Source: Candidatus Rokuibacteriota bacterium (GTDB lineage: Bacteria > Methylomirabilota > Methylomirabilia > Rokubacteriales > CSP1-6). Taken from it: a stretch of 64,000 nt of DNA. The stretch lies in contig QHSX01000064.1 of the NCBI GenBank assembly GCA_003221695.1, forward strand, positions 9,048-73,047. Reading direction: 5' to 3'. A program made the position numbers and the translations under genes. This document shows positions 50,994 to 59,798 of the stretch, piece by piece. Within the stretch, counting starts at the first letter, position 1. Each line of letters begins with the position of its first letter. Below the pieces are notes generated by a model. The model had not been told where the DNA came from. It saw nothing but the letters and a program-made list of their open reading frames with translations, and made no database searches.

Positions 50994-51021
50994 GTACTAG
51001 CGGCAAGACGGAGGAGGCCAT

Positions 51022-51912
51022 ATGGCAGGTCGACGACCGGTGGTTATCCTGGCGCTGACGTTACTGGTTTTGCCGGAACTCGTGCTTCACGCCTCGGGCA
51101 AGCCCATCACGACGATGGCCCATGGCCCCAAGGGCGACGTCGAGTTCGAGACGCTCACGCTGAACGCGAGCGACTTCTGGGACGGCGTCAAGACCGGGCA
51201 GCGCGTCACCATCTCCGGCGAGCTGCTCCTGCCGAAGGGCGAGGGCCGGGTGCCCGTCGTCGTCCTGTCGCATGGCGGCGGCGGCGTGGGGCGCGCGGAG
51301 GACACCTGGGCTCGTGAGCTGCGATCACAGGGCATAGCCGTGTTTGTCGTCGACAGCTTCACCGGCCGCGGGATCAAGAAGTTCCCGCCCGAGACAGAGC
51401 TGAGTCGCGCCGGGCAGGTGTACGACGTGTACCAGGCCCTCGCGCTCCTCGCGACTCATCCCAGGGTCGACCCCGGCCGTATCGCGCTGATGGGCGGGTC
51501 GCGCGGCGGCGGGCTGTCCCTCCTGGCCGCGATGACGAGATCGCTAAAGGCGCAGGCGCCCGCCAACCTCGAGTTCTGCGCGTATCTCGCGCTTTACCCC
51601 TCGATCAACGCCACGCTCGACTACGGGAAGGTAGCGAGCCGCCCGATCCGCCTCTTCACGGGCACGCTCGACGAGGCCACCTCGATCACCACGGTGCGGG
51701 GCTTCGCCGAGAAGCAGCGGGCGGGCGGCGCCGACGTCAAGCTGTTCGAATACGAAGGCGCCCACCACGCGTTCGACAACCCCGACTTCCGGGCGCCGTT
51801 GGTCGCGACGATAGGGAATACCTCGTTCACCGTGCTCTACCACGCGCAGGCTCACGCGAGGGTCACGAAGGACGTGAAGGCGACGCTGGCCGAGGTCTTC
51901 GCGAAGCCGTGA
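51022..51912 (+). CDS. Cassette: dienelactone hydrolase family protein
   Basis: GGSRGG, YEGAHHAFD; GGAGG RBS. Confidence 0.82.
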   Translation: MAGRRPVVILALTLLVLPELVLHASGKPITTMAHGPKGDVEFETLTLNASDFWDGVKTGQRVTISGELLLPKGEGRVPVVVLSHGGGGVGRAEDTWARELRSQGIAVFVVDSFTGRGIKKFPPETELSRAGQVYDVYQALALLATHPRVDPGRIALMGGSRGGGLSLLAAMTRSLKAQAPANLEFCAYLALYPSINATLDYGKVASRPIRLFTGTLDEATSITTVRGFAEKQRAGGADVKLFEYEGAHHAFDNPDFRAPLVATIGNTSFTVLYHAQAHARVTKDVKATLAEVFAKP

Positions 51913-52057
51913 TGCCGACGGCGGGACGGAGCCAGCAAGGGACGACTGCCGGCATGATTTCCCGGGCGCTCACGATCGAGAATCGCTTGCGGGGAGTTTG
52001 CGGGGGCCAGAAGCTCTCGCTGGAGGAGATGAAACGTGCCGTGCTGCCGAGACGGAC

Positions 52058-52121
52058 GCCGAACAAACGCATGCAGCCGACGGCGCGCAGGGCGCGCCGC
52101 GGCTGATACGTCGCGTTAGGC
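52058..52121 (+). other. attC site 2
   Basis: GCCGAAC..AT[G]CAGCCG[A]CGGCGCGC/GCGCGCCGCGGCTGAT..GTTAGGC. Confidence 0.9.
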
Positions 52122-52138
52122 AGGAAGGTCACAGCACG

Positions 52139-52603
52139 ATGGCGACTGAATGTCCACAATGTGGCCTGATCAATCCGCCCGCTGCCCAGCGTTGCGATTG
52201 CGGCTACAATCTCGCCCAACGCCCCACTCTCAATGCGTCGCGAATCGGCCTTCAGGCTTTGTTGTTCTCTTTTACCGGTCGAATAGGCCGGTCTACATAT
52301 TGGCTCAAGTTTCTCGTGCCGTATTTTGCACTCTACTTGGTATTGCTGGTCGTCGACTGGACTCTGGGAACACTTGATCGCAAGGAAGCTATTGGTCTCC
52401 TTTCTGGGATCTTCCTACTCCTGGCGTTGTTCCCGTCTGTTGCTGTCGGCGTGAAGAGGTGCCACGACAGGGACCGGTCCGGATGGTTCCTCCTGGTGGG
52501 AGTCATCCCCTTTTTGAATCTGTGGCTTCTGATCGAGCTCGGGTTCATGGCCGGGACAGCCGGGCCTAATAGGTACGGGCTCCCTGAGCCACGCGTGGTC
52601 TGA
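52139..52603 (+). CDS. Cassette: DUF805 membrane protein with N-terminal Cys ribbon
   Basis: CPQC..CDCG; FTGRIGR, KRCHDRDRSGW, GPNRYG. Confidence 0.82.
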   Translation: MATECPQCGLINPPAAQRCDCGYNLAQRPTLNASRIGLQALLFSFTGRIGRSTYWLKFLVPYFALYLVLLVVDWTLGTLDRKEAIGLLSGIFLLLALFPSVAVGVKRCHDRDRSGWFLLVGVIPFLNLWLLIELGFMAGTAGPNRYGLPEPRVV

Positions 52604-52647
52604 GCGTCAGCAGGGAGCTATGGTACCCAACCGTCTGCGCTGTCCCT

Positions 52648-52705
52648 GCTTAACCTCGGCATTCAGCCGACGGCCTGTGGCCGCGGCTGATGCCGGGCGT
52701 TGAGC
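52648..52705 (+). other. attC site 3 (R' now GTT plus the IS left end)
   Basis: GCTTAAC..CAGCCG..CGGCTG..GTT|GAGC. Confidence 0.88.
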
Positions 52706-54473
52706 CTGTAGAAAAACCTTGGAATCGCCGTCGTCTCGTCTCTCGTGTGAAGAGCGCGACGACCTCACACGATGAGGAGGAGCGATGGCGCGGTTTAAGC
52801 CCTACAGCTACGATCAGCTGAAGCTCGTGCCGGTGAGCTTCGAGCGCCAGATCCTGCCGGGCACGTTCGAGGCTACGCTGAGCCGCCTGATCGACGAGGA
52901 GATCGATCTGTCGGTGTTCGAAGCCCGGTACCGTAACGACGAGGTGGGGGCGCCGGCCTACGACCCGGCCATCCTTCTCAAAGTCATCCTTTATGCCTAC
53001 GCCCGCGGCGTGACCTCCAGCCGCGAGATTGCCCGGCTGTGTCGGGAGAATGTCCTGTTCATGGCGTTGTCGGCCGACAGCGCGCCCCACTTCACGACGA
53101 TCGCAGATTTCATTGCGACGCTCGACCGGGAGATCGTCGCCGTGTTCCGGGACGTGCTCTTGGTGTGTGACGAGCTGGGGCTGATCGGGCGAGAGATGTT
53201 CGCCGTCGATGGGGTGAAGCTGCCGAGCAATGCCTCCAAGGAGTGGAGCGGCACCCGGGGGGACTTCGAGAAGAAGATCGCGAAGATGGAACGTGCGGTT
53301 GAGCATCTGGTGCGCCGTCACCGCGACGCCGACGCGGCGGGGGACGAGGAACCGCTGCGGGTGGCGCGGGGCAAGCAGATCGAGACCCTCCAGGCGGCGC
53401 TGGAGAAGGTCCGGGGGTTTCTTCAACGCCACGCGGACAAGGTCGGGCCCAGCGGGCGGGTGAAGAAGAGCAACCTCACCGACAACGACAGTGCCAAGAT
53501 GAAGACCTCGAAGGGCGTGATCCAGGGCTACGACGGGGTGGCGGTCGTGGACGGCCAGCATCAAATCGTGGTCCACGCGCAGGCCTTCGGCGAAGCCCAG
53601 GAGCACGCGCTGCTGGTGCCCATGTTGGAGGGGACGCGAGCGACGTTTCGCGAGCTGGGCCTCGCCGAGGACGTGCTGGCGGGCGCGGTGGTCGCGGCGG
53701 ACGCGGGCTTCCACACGGACGCGAACGTGCAGTACCTCGACGAGACGCACGTCGACGGCTATCTGGCCGACACGTTGTTTCGCAAGCGCGACCCGCGCTT
53801 TGTCACCGCCGAGCGGCATAAGCCCGAGCCGGTGGACGATCCCGCGCGGCTCTTTCGGCCCGAGGACTTTCGCTTCGACCCGAAGAGCTTGACCTGCATC
53901 TGCCCGGCGGGCAAGCGGCTGTACCGGAGCGGCCAACACAACCGTCCTGACGGCTATCGCGCGGTGATCTTCAAAGGGGCCAAGCGGGACTGCGGGGCGT
54001 GCCCGCTGCGCGCCCGGTGCCTGACGCATCCCGAGCGCACTCTGATCCGACAGGTCACGCTCTTCCTGGGACGATCCCCGGGCAAGCCGGAGACCTGCAG
54101 CGCTCGCATGAAGCGCAAGATCGACACCGACCACGGGCGCTATCAGTACAGTCGCCGGCTTGCGGTGGCCGAGCCGGTGTTTGCGAACATCTGCAGCAGC
54201 CGCCGCTTGAGGCGGTTCAGCCTGCGCGGCCACCGAAAGATCAACACCCAGTGGCTGCTGTACTGCCTGGTGCACAACATCGGGAAGCTGCAACGCTACG
54301 GGACGAGCGAGGGCCGATCGGCATGAACGGATCGATCCGCCAGAGCGAGAACGGCCGCAGGCGATGCTGAGAGATCGGCTGTCGGCACCCCTCGCCTCCC
54401 TCGATAAAGACCGCCGACACTAGGGCGATTCTGGCGATGGCAGGCTTCGCAAACCTGGTTTTTCTACAGACTC
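52702..54473 (+). mobile_element. IS1182-family insertion sequence (1772 bp) in an attC core
   Basis: 17-bp IRs GAGCCTGTAGAAAAACC / GGTTTTTCTACAGACTC (16/17); GTT duplicated at 52699-52701 and 54474-54476. Confidence 0.92.
52785..54326 (+). CDS. IS1182-family DDE transposase
   Basis: GAPAYDP..LLKV..SSR (DUF772-like), AVDGVKL, ADAGF, CPAG..C..CP..C, AEPVFAN. Confidence 0.9.
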   Translation: MARFKPYSYDQLKLVPVSFERQILPGTFEATLSRLIDEEIDLSVFEARYRNDEVGAPAYDPAILLKVILYAYARGVTSSREIARLCRENVLFMALSADSAPHFTTIADFIATLDREIVAVFRDVLLVCDELGLIGREMFAVDGVKLPSNASKEWSGTRGDFEKKIAKMERAVEHLVRRHRDADAAGDEEPLRVARGKQIETLQAALEKVRGFLQRHADKVGPSGRVKKSNLTDNDSAKMKTSKGVIQGYDGVAVVDGQHQIVVHAQAFGEAQEHALLVPMLEGTRATFRELGLAEDVLAGAVVAADAGFHTDANVQYLDETHVDGYLADTLFRKRDPRFVTAERHKPEPVDDPARLFRPEDFRFDPKSLTCICPAGKRLYRSGQHNRPDGYRAVIFKGAKRDCGACPLRARCLTHPERTLIRQVTLFLGRSPGKPETCSARMKRKIDTDHGRYQYSRRLAVAEPVFANICSSRRLRRFSLRGHRKINTQWLLYCLVHNIGKLQRYGTSEGRSA

Positions 54474-54503
54474 GTTAGAAGGACAAGAGTCGAGGAGGTA
54501 CCC

Positions 54504-54944
54504 ATGGGCCGACCGTACGCGACAGAAAACGATGCTGAGCGCACCAGACTGAAGGCCTTCGTAGCCGGGCTGAGGGATGCCACGATCGCTCGCTCCATCG
54601 GCCATGGGTGGACGGTCGGCGTTGGTCTGGCACACTTGGCCTTCTGGGACAGGCTCTGGCTCGCCAAGTTCGAGGAGTGGGAGCGCACGGGTGTGGTGAG
54701 GGTGCCGCCAGTCGAGAGCTTCGTCAACGGAATCAACGACGGCATGCTGCCCTGGTGGCAGGCTATTGCGCCAGCCCAGATCAGGTACGAGGTGATCGCG
54801 GCGGCCGAGGCGGCGGACAGCAAGGCTGAGAGCCTGCGCGAGGCATTGGCCCAGGCAATCCTCGCGGTGCGTCCGCGGACTCTTGTTCGTGCGACCCATC
54901 GCCGTCAGCATCTGGACGAAATCGAGCGCGCCCTTGCCGACTGA
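54504..54944 (+). CDS. Cassette: DinB/MDMPI-like protein
   Basis: GWTV..LAHLAFWD, HRRQHLDEI. Confidence 0.7.
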   Translation: MGRPYATENDAERTRLKAFVAGLRDATIARSIGHGWTVGVGLAHLAFWDRLWLAKFEEWERTGVVRVPPVESFVNGINDGMLPWWQAIAPAQIRYEVIAAAEAADSKAESLREALAQAILAVRPRTLVRATHRRQHLDEIERALAD

Positions 54945-54971
54945 CGACAGGTACGCACCCAACCCAGGGCC

Positions 54972-55040
54972 TTCTAACCGCACGCTTCAGCTGACCGGGG
55001 CTCGCGCTGCTCGCCCCCGCAGCTGAGCGGCACGTTAGCC
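54972..55040 (+). other. attC site 4
   Basis: TTCTAAC..TCAGCTG..CAGCTGA..GTTAGCC. Confidence 0.9.
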
Positions 55041-55059
55041 GTCCAGAGGGAGACGGGGA

Positions 55060-55425
55060 ATGGATCGACGGCCAATCAACTTTGCCGAGAAGTTCTCGAA
55101 GTTCTCTGACCACTGGGCGCCGAAGATCATCGCCCAAATGAACGACTATCACTTCAAACTCGTGAAGATTCAGGGCGAGTTTGTCTGGCACAGTCACGCT
55201 GACACCGACGAAGTCTTCATCGTCATCGGTGGGGAGATGAAGATCCACCTCCGGGATGGCGAGGTTAACCTCCGACCCGGAGAACTGTTCGTTATCCCGC
55301 GAGGAGTCGAGCACAAGCCCTGGGCGGCTGGAGAGTGCAAAATCATGCTTGTTGAGAGTGCTGGAACAATCAACACGGGTGATGCCGGTGGCCCAAAGAC
55401 AGCCGCTGACGGAGTCTGGGTCTAA
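55060..55425 (+). CDS. Cassette: cupin domain protein
   Basis: [19 protein letters not shown]. Confidence 0.85.
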   Translation: MDRRPINFAEKFSKFSDHWAPKIIAQMNDYHFKLVKIQGEFVWHSHADTDEVFIVIGGEMKIHLRDGEVNLRPGELFVIPRGVEHKPWAAGECKIMLVESAGTINTGDAGGPKTAADGVWV

Positions 55426-55431
55426 ATGGCC

Positions 55432-55489
55432 CCCTAACACCGCTGGCTCGCCTTTGCTCGGCGGCGCCGCGCAACGTGCGCGGTGAGGG
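55432..55489 (+). other. attC site 5 (degenerate)
   Basis: CCCTAAC...GTGAGGG; poor internal pairing; GTT changed to GTG. Confidence 0.5.
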
Positions 55490-55508
55490 GGTATAGGACA
55501 TTCTCCAG

Positions 55509-56097
55509 ATGGATGATCTTGAAATCAGGCAGGTTCCGGCAGTGGTCGATACGATTCGCCGCGACACCCGGCAGTTGGGGTTCACAATGGCTTCTGAGCC
55601 GCAGACCGGCTCGCTGCTTCGCACCCTCGCCGCATCCAAGCCGAGCGGCAGATTTCTGGAACTCGGGACCGGTACTGGCGTCGGTACGGCTTGGCTCCTC
55701 GCCGGCATGGACGAGCGTTCCCGGCTCGACTCGGTCGAAAACGACGCCAAGGTGTTGGAGGTGGCTCGGCGCCATCTCGGGCACGACCCGCGCGTCACGT
55801 TCCATCTCGCAGACGGTGAGGCGTTCCTCGCCCAGTCAGCACCGTTGCACTTCGACTTCATCTACGCTGACACGTGGCCCGGCAAGTTCACGCACGTGGA
55901 CCTTGCGCTTTCGCTCCCGAAAGTCGGCGGTATCTATTTTATCGACGACCTTACTACCGCAGGCGTCATGGCCGGAGGGGCACGCACCAAAGGTTCCGGC
56001 GCTGATCACGGAGCTGGAAACCCGACCCGGATTTGTTGCCACGAAGTTGGCCTGGGCGTCCGGGCTTATGATGCTCGTACGAACGAATGCCGTCTAA
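55509..56097 (+). pseudogene. Cassette: O-methyltransferase with a +1 frameshift near 55950
   Basis: LELGTGTG frame to IDDL, then LPQASWPEGH.. continues in another frame whose TAA is inside R''. Confidence 0.75.
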
Positions 56098-56160
56098 CAC
56101 GGACTTGACCCCGACGCCGCGGGTGACCCGATCGCGCCGCGGGTCAGTCCGATGTTAGAC
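56092..56160 (+). other. attC site 6
   Basis: GTCTAAC..GGACT[T]GACCC..GGGTCAGTCC..GTTAGAC. Confidence 0.85.
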
Positions 56161-56190
56161 CGACAACAGCCGAAACCAACAGAGAGAGTC

Positions 56191-57048
56191 ATGCATGATA
56201 AGCAAGTGGCGGCGCCAGACAACACGGCGGTGCGGGTCGCCTTGTGGCGGGCGCTGCACGTAGAAGTCGATTCGCCGCCGCACGTGCTCGAAGACGAAGT
56301 CGGCTTGAAGCTGGCGGCTCCAGACGACGGATGGCGCAGCCGCCCGGACATGAGCCCGTTCACGCGGCCCTTCCGCGCCTCCATCGTGGCCCGCGCCCGC
56401 TTCATTGAAGATCTCGTCGCGGAACAAGTTGCCCATGGCGTCGGACAGTACGTCATCCTCGGAGCGGGGCTGGACACCTTCGCCCAGCGTCGGCCGGAGC
56501 TTGCCTCCCGTCTGCTCGTGTTCGAGATCGATCCGCCCGGCCCTCAGGCGTGGAAGCGCCAGCGCCTCGTCGACCTCGGCCTCGGTATCCCGTCGTTCCT
56601 GCGGCTCGTGCCAGTCGACTTCGAGGCAGGCGACGCGTGGCGGGAGCAGCTGGCAGCGACGGGCTTCGACTCCGGGCGGCCGGCGGTCGTGGCGTCCACC
56701 GGTGTCAGCATGTACCTGACCAAGAACGCGATTGCGGCGACGCTGCGCCAGGTCGCGACGCTCTCTCCGGGCTCCACGCTCGCCATGTCGTTCATGCTTC
56801 CGATCGAGCTTGCGGACCCCGAGGTGCGTCCCGGGATTGAGCGAGCGGTGGCGGGGGCGCGAGCAAACGGCACGCCCTTCATCAGCTTCTTCACGCCGAC
56901 AGAGATGCTGACACTGGCTCGCAATGCCGGCTTTAGAGAGGTCCAGCACGTATCGGCAGCTACGCTTGCCCAACGCTACTTCGCGGGCAGGACAGATGGC
57001 CTTCGTCCGCCAAATAATTCAGAGGAACTGCTAGTGGCGACTACCTAA
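56191..57048 (+). CDS. Cassette: LCM-family SAM-dependent methyltransferase
   Basis: RARFIED, QYVILGAGLDT, GVSMYL. Confidence 0.85.
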   Translation: MHDKQVAAPDNTAVRVALWRALHVEVDSPPHVLEDEVGLKLAAPDDGWRSRPDMSPFTRPFRASIVARARFIEDLVAEQVAHGVGQYVILGAGLDTFAQRRPELASRLLVFEIDPPGPQAWKRQRLVDLGLGIPSFLRLVPVDFEAGDAWREQLAATGFDSGRPAVVASTGVSMYLTKNAIAATLRQVATLSPGSTLAMSFMLPIELADPEVRPGIERAVAGARANGTPFISFFTPTEMLTLARNAGFREVQHVSAATLAQRYFAGRTDGLRPPNNSEELLVATT

Positions 57049-57057
57049 AATGAAGCG

Positions 57058-57117
57058 GTCTAACAACCGGTTGTGGCGGACGGCGCTGCGCACCGCCGCT
57101 GAGCCGGAGTGTGAGAT
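57058..57117 (+). other. attC site 7 (R' GTG variant)
   Basis: GTCTAAC..GCGG[A]CGG..CCGCCGC..GTGAGAT. Confidence 0.78.
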
Positions 57118-57135
57118 GTACAAGCGACGAGAGCT

Positions 57136-57579
57136 ATGACGTCGGCAGGCACCACGAGGATCTGTGCTGGCGGCCTGCTGGTTCGGGGAGGCCAGATCCT
57201 TTTGGCTAGGCGCTCGGGAGACCGGAAGTTTTACCCCGGTGTGTGGGACATCATCGGTGGACACTGCGAAGGAGGCGAAGCACCTGCCGATGCCCTCGTT
57301 CGCGAACTTGAGGAAGAGATTGGCGTCAAGGCGCACGTGTTCGAGGAGATCGCCGTCTTGGAGGAGCCGCAGCCTGCCGAACACGGAGACGCCAGGTATC
57401 ACGTGTTCGTCGTGACATCCTGGGGCGGAGGTGAGCCCCGGTTGCTTGGGGCCGAGCATTCTGAGCTGCGCTGGGTGAACCTTGCTCACGCATTGGCTCT
57501 ACCACTTGCTCATCCTGGGTATGGCAACCTCTTCCGCGCCGTATTGGGACGTGGCGGTGCATTCGAACGAGACATCTAA
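57136..57579 (+). CDS. Cassette: NUDIX hydrolase
   Basis: GGHCEGGE..ALVRELEEEIG; stop in R''. Confidence 0.88.
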   Translation: MTSAGTTRICAGGLLVRGGQILLARRSGDRKFYPGVWDIIGGHCEGGEAPADALVRELEEEIGVKAHVFEEIAVLEEPQPAEHGDARYHVFVVTSWGGGEPRLLGAEHSELRWVNLAHALALPLAHPGYGNLFRAVLGRGGAFERDI

Positions 57580-57645
57580 CCCGGCACTCGAGCGGACCGC
57601 TGGCTCGCATTCGCTCGCCGCGGCCGCTCACTGCCAGCGTTCGAC
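57574..57645 (+). other. attC site 8
   Basis: ATCTAAC..GAGCGG[A]CCGC..GCGGCCGCTC..GTTCGAC. Confidence 0.9.
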
Positions 57646-57691
57646 GGCACCGAATAGGGGCCGAGGATTGTGCATTTGATAATGTAACCGG

Positions 57692-57889
57692 GTGAAGGTT
57701 CGTGAAGTGATTCGGATGCTGCAAGACGATGGCTGGACGCTGGTGGTTACAAGAGGTAGCCATCGTCAGTTCAAGCACCCGACCAAGCCGGGCCGTGTGA
57801 CTGTCAGCGGCCAGCTTGGAGACGACATGCCGAAGGGGACGCTGGCATCCGTCAGGCGCCAGGCGGGGCTTAAAGGAGACAGACCGTGA
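57692..57889 (+). CDS. hicA: Cassette: HicA toxin
   Basis: DGW..RGSHRQFKHP..GRVTV..GTL. Confidence 0.9.
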   Translation: MKVREVIRMLQDDGWTLVVTRGSHRQFKHPTKPGRVTVSGQLGDDMPKGTLASVRRQAGLKGDRP

Positions 57890-58149
57890 AAAGGCTGCGG
57901 TACCTCGTGCGCATCAACAAGGACCCTGACAGCGATTGGGGCGCTTCCGTTCCTGATTTGCCAGGATGCGTCGCTACGGGCAAGACGATCGACTCAACCC
58001 TCCAGCGCATTCAGGCGGCGATTCAACTTCATCTCCGTGGAATGCGGGCTGACGGTGTTCGTCCTCCGCGCCCACGCCGGCGAACTGTAGTGCCGGGCAG
58101 GACATCGCGACAGGTCGACTTTTACGCAACCGTAGAGGTTGCCGCCTGA
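57886..58149 (+). CDS. hicB: Cassette: HicB antitoxin (short form)
   Basis: VPDLPGCVATGKT; overlaps hicA stop. Confidence 0.88.
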   Translation: MKRLRYLVRINKDPDSDWGASVPDLPGCVATGKTIDSTLQRIQAAIQLHLRGMRADGVRPPRPRRRTVVPGRTSRQVDFYATVEVAA

Positions 58150-58177
58150 GAAGGGTGGACACGGTTGCCGGCAGTCC

Positions 58178-58241
58178 GCCGAACAAGCGCATGCAGCCGC
58201 CGGCGCGCAGGGCGCGCCGCGGCTGATAGGTAGCGTTCGGC
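58178..58241 (+). other. attC site 9
   Basis: 59/64 identical to attC site 2. Confidence 0.92.
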
Positions 58242-58259
58242 GAACGTCAGAGGTGCAGT

Positions 58260-58832
58260 ATGGAAATCGTCATGACACGAACCGCGGAGGGGCGGTCCAC
58301 GACGCTCGTGCGACGCGACGATGGCGTTACGCTTGAGCTTCCGAGTTACGCACCCCTTCACAGACTCCCTCACGACTTGGCGCACTTCGTCGTCGAGCGC
58401 ACTCTAGGGCTCCTGTGGGGGTTCTGGGGCTCCATCGCCGCTGGTGCCGTATTCGCAGGCGTGGAGGTTCTTCCGCGAAAGCGGGCCGCGCGCGTAGAGG
58501 AGCTTTCGCGACAGGTCATGAAGGGCGTCAGTTCGCGGGTCACCGAGGCCGAGGCAGTCGTAGGCAGCCTGGTAGAGATCTACCAGCGTCGGCTTGATCG
58601 CGACTGGGCAGCGGCTCGCGCTCTGCTCAGTGGGATATGGAGGCCGGCTCACCCATCGCGCGAGCTCCCCACACAGCCAGAGGTGCGTCGCGTATGTCAG
58701 GAGCTTTCGGATGCTGAGAACCGCTGGCTCGGCATGGCCATTGGTAGTAGCGTCACGCTTGTCTGGCCTCGGCAGGAGGCCACTTCTCCTCGTGCAGCGT
58801 CGCCGAACATCAGCCTTCAACCGATGCGCTAA
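58260..58832 (+). CDS. Cassette: hypothetical protein (PHDLAHFVVE motif)
   Basis: 190-aa ORF bounded by attC sites; reads into its own attC. Confidence 0.7.
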   Translation: MEIVMTRTAEGRSTTLVRRDDGVTLELPSYAPLHRLPHDLAHFVVERTLGLLWGFWGSIAAGAVFAGVEVLPRKRAARVEELSRQVMKGVSSRVTEAEAVVGSLVEIYQRRLDRDWAAARALLSGIWRPAHPSRELPTQPEVRRVCQELSDAENRWLGMAIGSSVTLVWPRQEATSPRAASPNISLQPMR

Positions 58833-58860
58833 CGCGCGCGGCTGATGCTGAGCGTTGAGC
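58802..58860 (+). other. attC site 10
   Basis: GCCGAAC..TCAACCG..CGGCTGA..GTTGAGC. Confidence 0.8.
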
Positions 58861-58864
58861 CGCC

Positions 58865-59647
58865 GTGAGAGAATCCAGAACGCCGGGCTGCCTCAGCGCC
58901 CGCCAGATCCTTTGGTTCGTCTCGCCGACGGTCGTATTGGTGTTCGCGGGCGCCTCCACGCCGTGGATAGCCCAGCGGGTTCCTCGATTTACCTTTCCGA
59001 CCGTGGCCGCCGCTGGTGCCGCGCTGATCGTGTTGTCGTTCGTGAACTCGCTCGTTCAGTTCGTGCGGCGTCGCCGCGTGGAAGGGCACCTGCGCTTCTT
59101 CTCTGTCGTCGTCAATGTCGTTGCGCTGGTGTTTCTCGTGCTTCTGCCCCTGACGCATCTTGTGTGTGCGGTGACCCCCTCAGGCGACGGCACCCCGCGA
59201 ATCCACACGGGCTTTGGCGACTGGCTGGGCTCAGAGGGCTATCCGCGGATGAGTCCCCATCGCGGCGTCGACGTCGCAGGCAGGATGGGCGCGGATGTGC
59301 TGGCGGCGGCCGACGGCCGCGTCACCGTCGCGCGTGACAACCGAGACTTGTGCGGGCTGATCGTCGTTATCGACCATGATCCATACGGCCTCCGAACGGT
59401 CTATTGCCACTTCTCCGAGATCGCCGTACGGGTCGGGGAGAATGTCAAGCGTGGCCAACGGATCGGCGCGGTCGGCACGTCGGGGCAGCGCGCGTGGCCT
59501 GGCTTTGAGCATGTGCACCTGGAGCTGCAGAGAGGGCGTAACATCAACGCCATCGAAGACCCGCTCCCACGGATTGTAGGATGCTTCGATGACACGAAGG
59601 TGTACTCGGCAGATCGCTTGGTGCTCACATATCCGGTGAAGTGCTGA
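58865..59647 (+). CDS. Cassette: membrane-anchored M23 peptidase
   Basis: Three TM segments, HRGVD, YCH, HVHLE. Confidence 0.82.
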   Translation: MRESRTPGCLSARQILWFVSPTVVLVFAGASTPWIAQRVPRFTFPTVAAAGAALIVLSFVNSLVQFVRRRRVEGHLRFFSVVVNVVALVFLVLLPLTHLVCAVTPSGDGTPRIHTGFGDWLGSEGYPRMSPHRGVDVAGRMGADVLAAADGRVTVARDNRDLCGLIVVIDHDPYGLRTVYCHFSEIAVRVGENVKRGQRIGAVGTSGQRAWPGFEHVHLELQRGRNINAIEDPLPRIVGCFDDTKVYSADRLVLTYPVKC

Positions 59648-59693
59648 GGATCTGCCAGGAAACATGGAGACAAAGTCATGCTGACAGCGGGTC

Positions 59694-59749
59694 GGCTAAC
59701 TTGCACATACACCCGATGCTTCGCGCGCCGCTCAGCGTGATCGTTAGGT
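59694..59749 (+). other. attC site 11 (degenerate arms)
   Basis: GGCTAAC...CCGCTCA..GTTAGGT. Confidence 0.6.
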
Positions 59750-59798
59750 CCAAAGCTCAGCCCGACTGGCTCCACGATTGTCATAAAGGAGGGAGGTC

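Noticed and set aside
54327-54480. IS right end forming its own attC with the duplicated GTT
   Set aside because: No suitable R''/L arm pairing found upstream of 54474.
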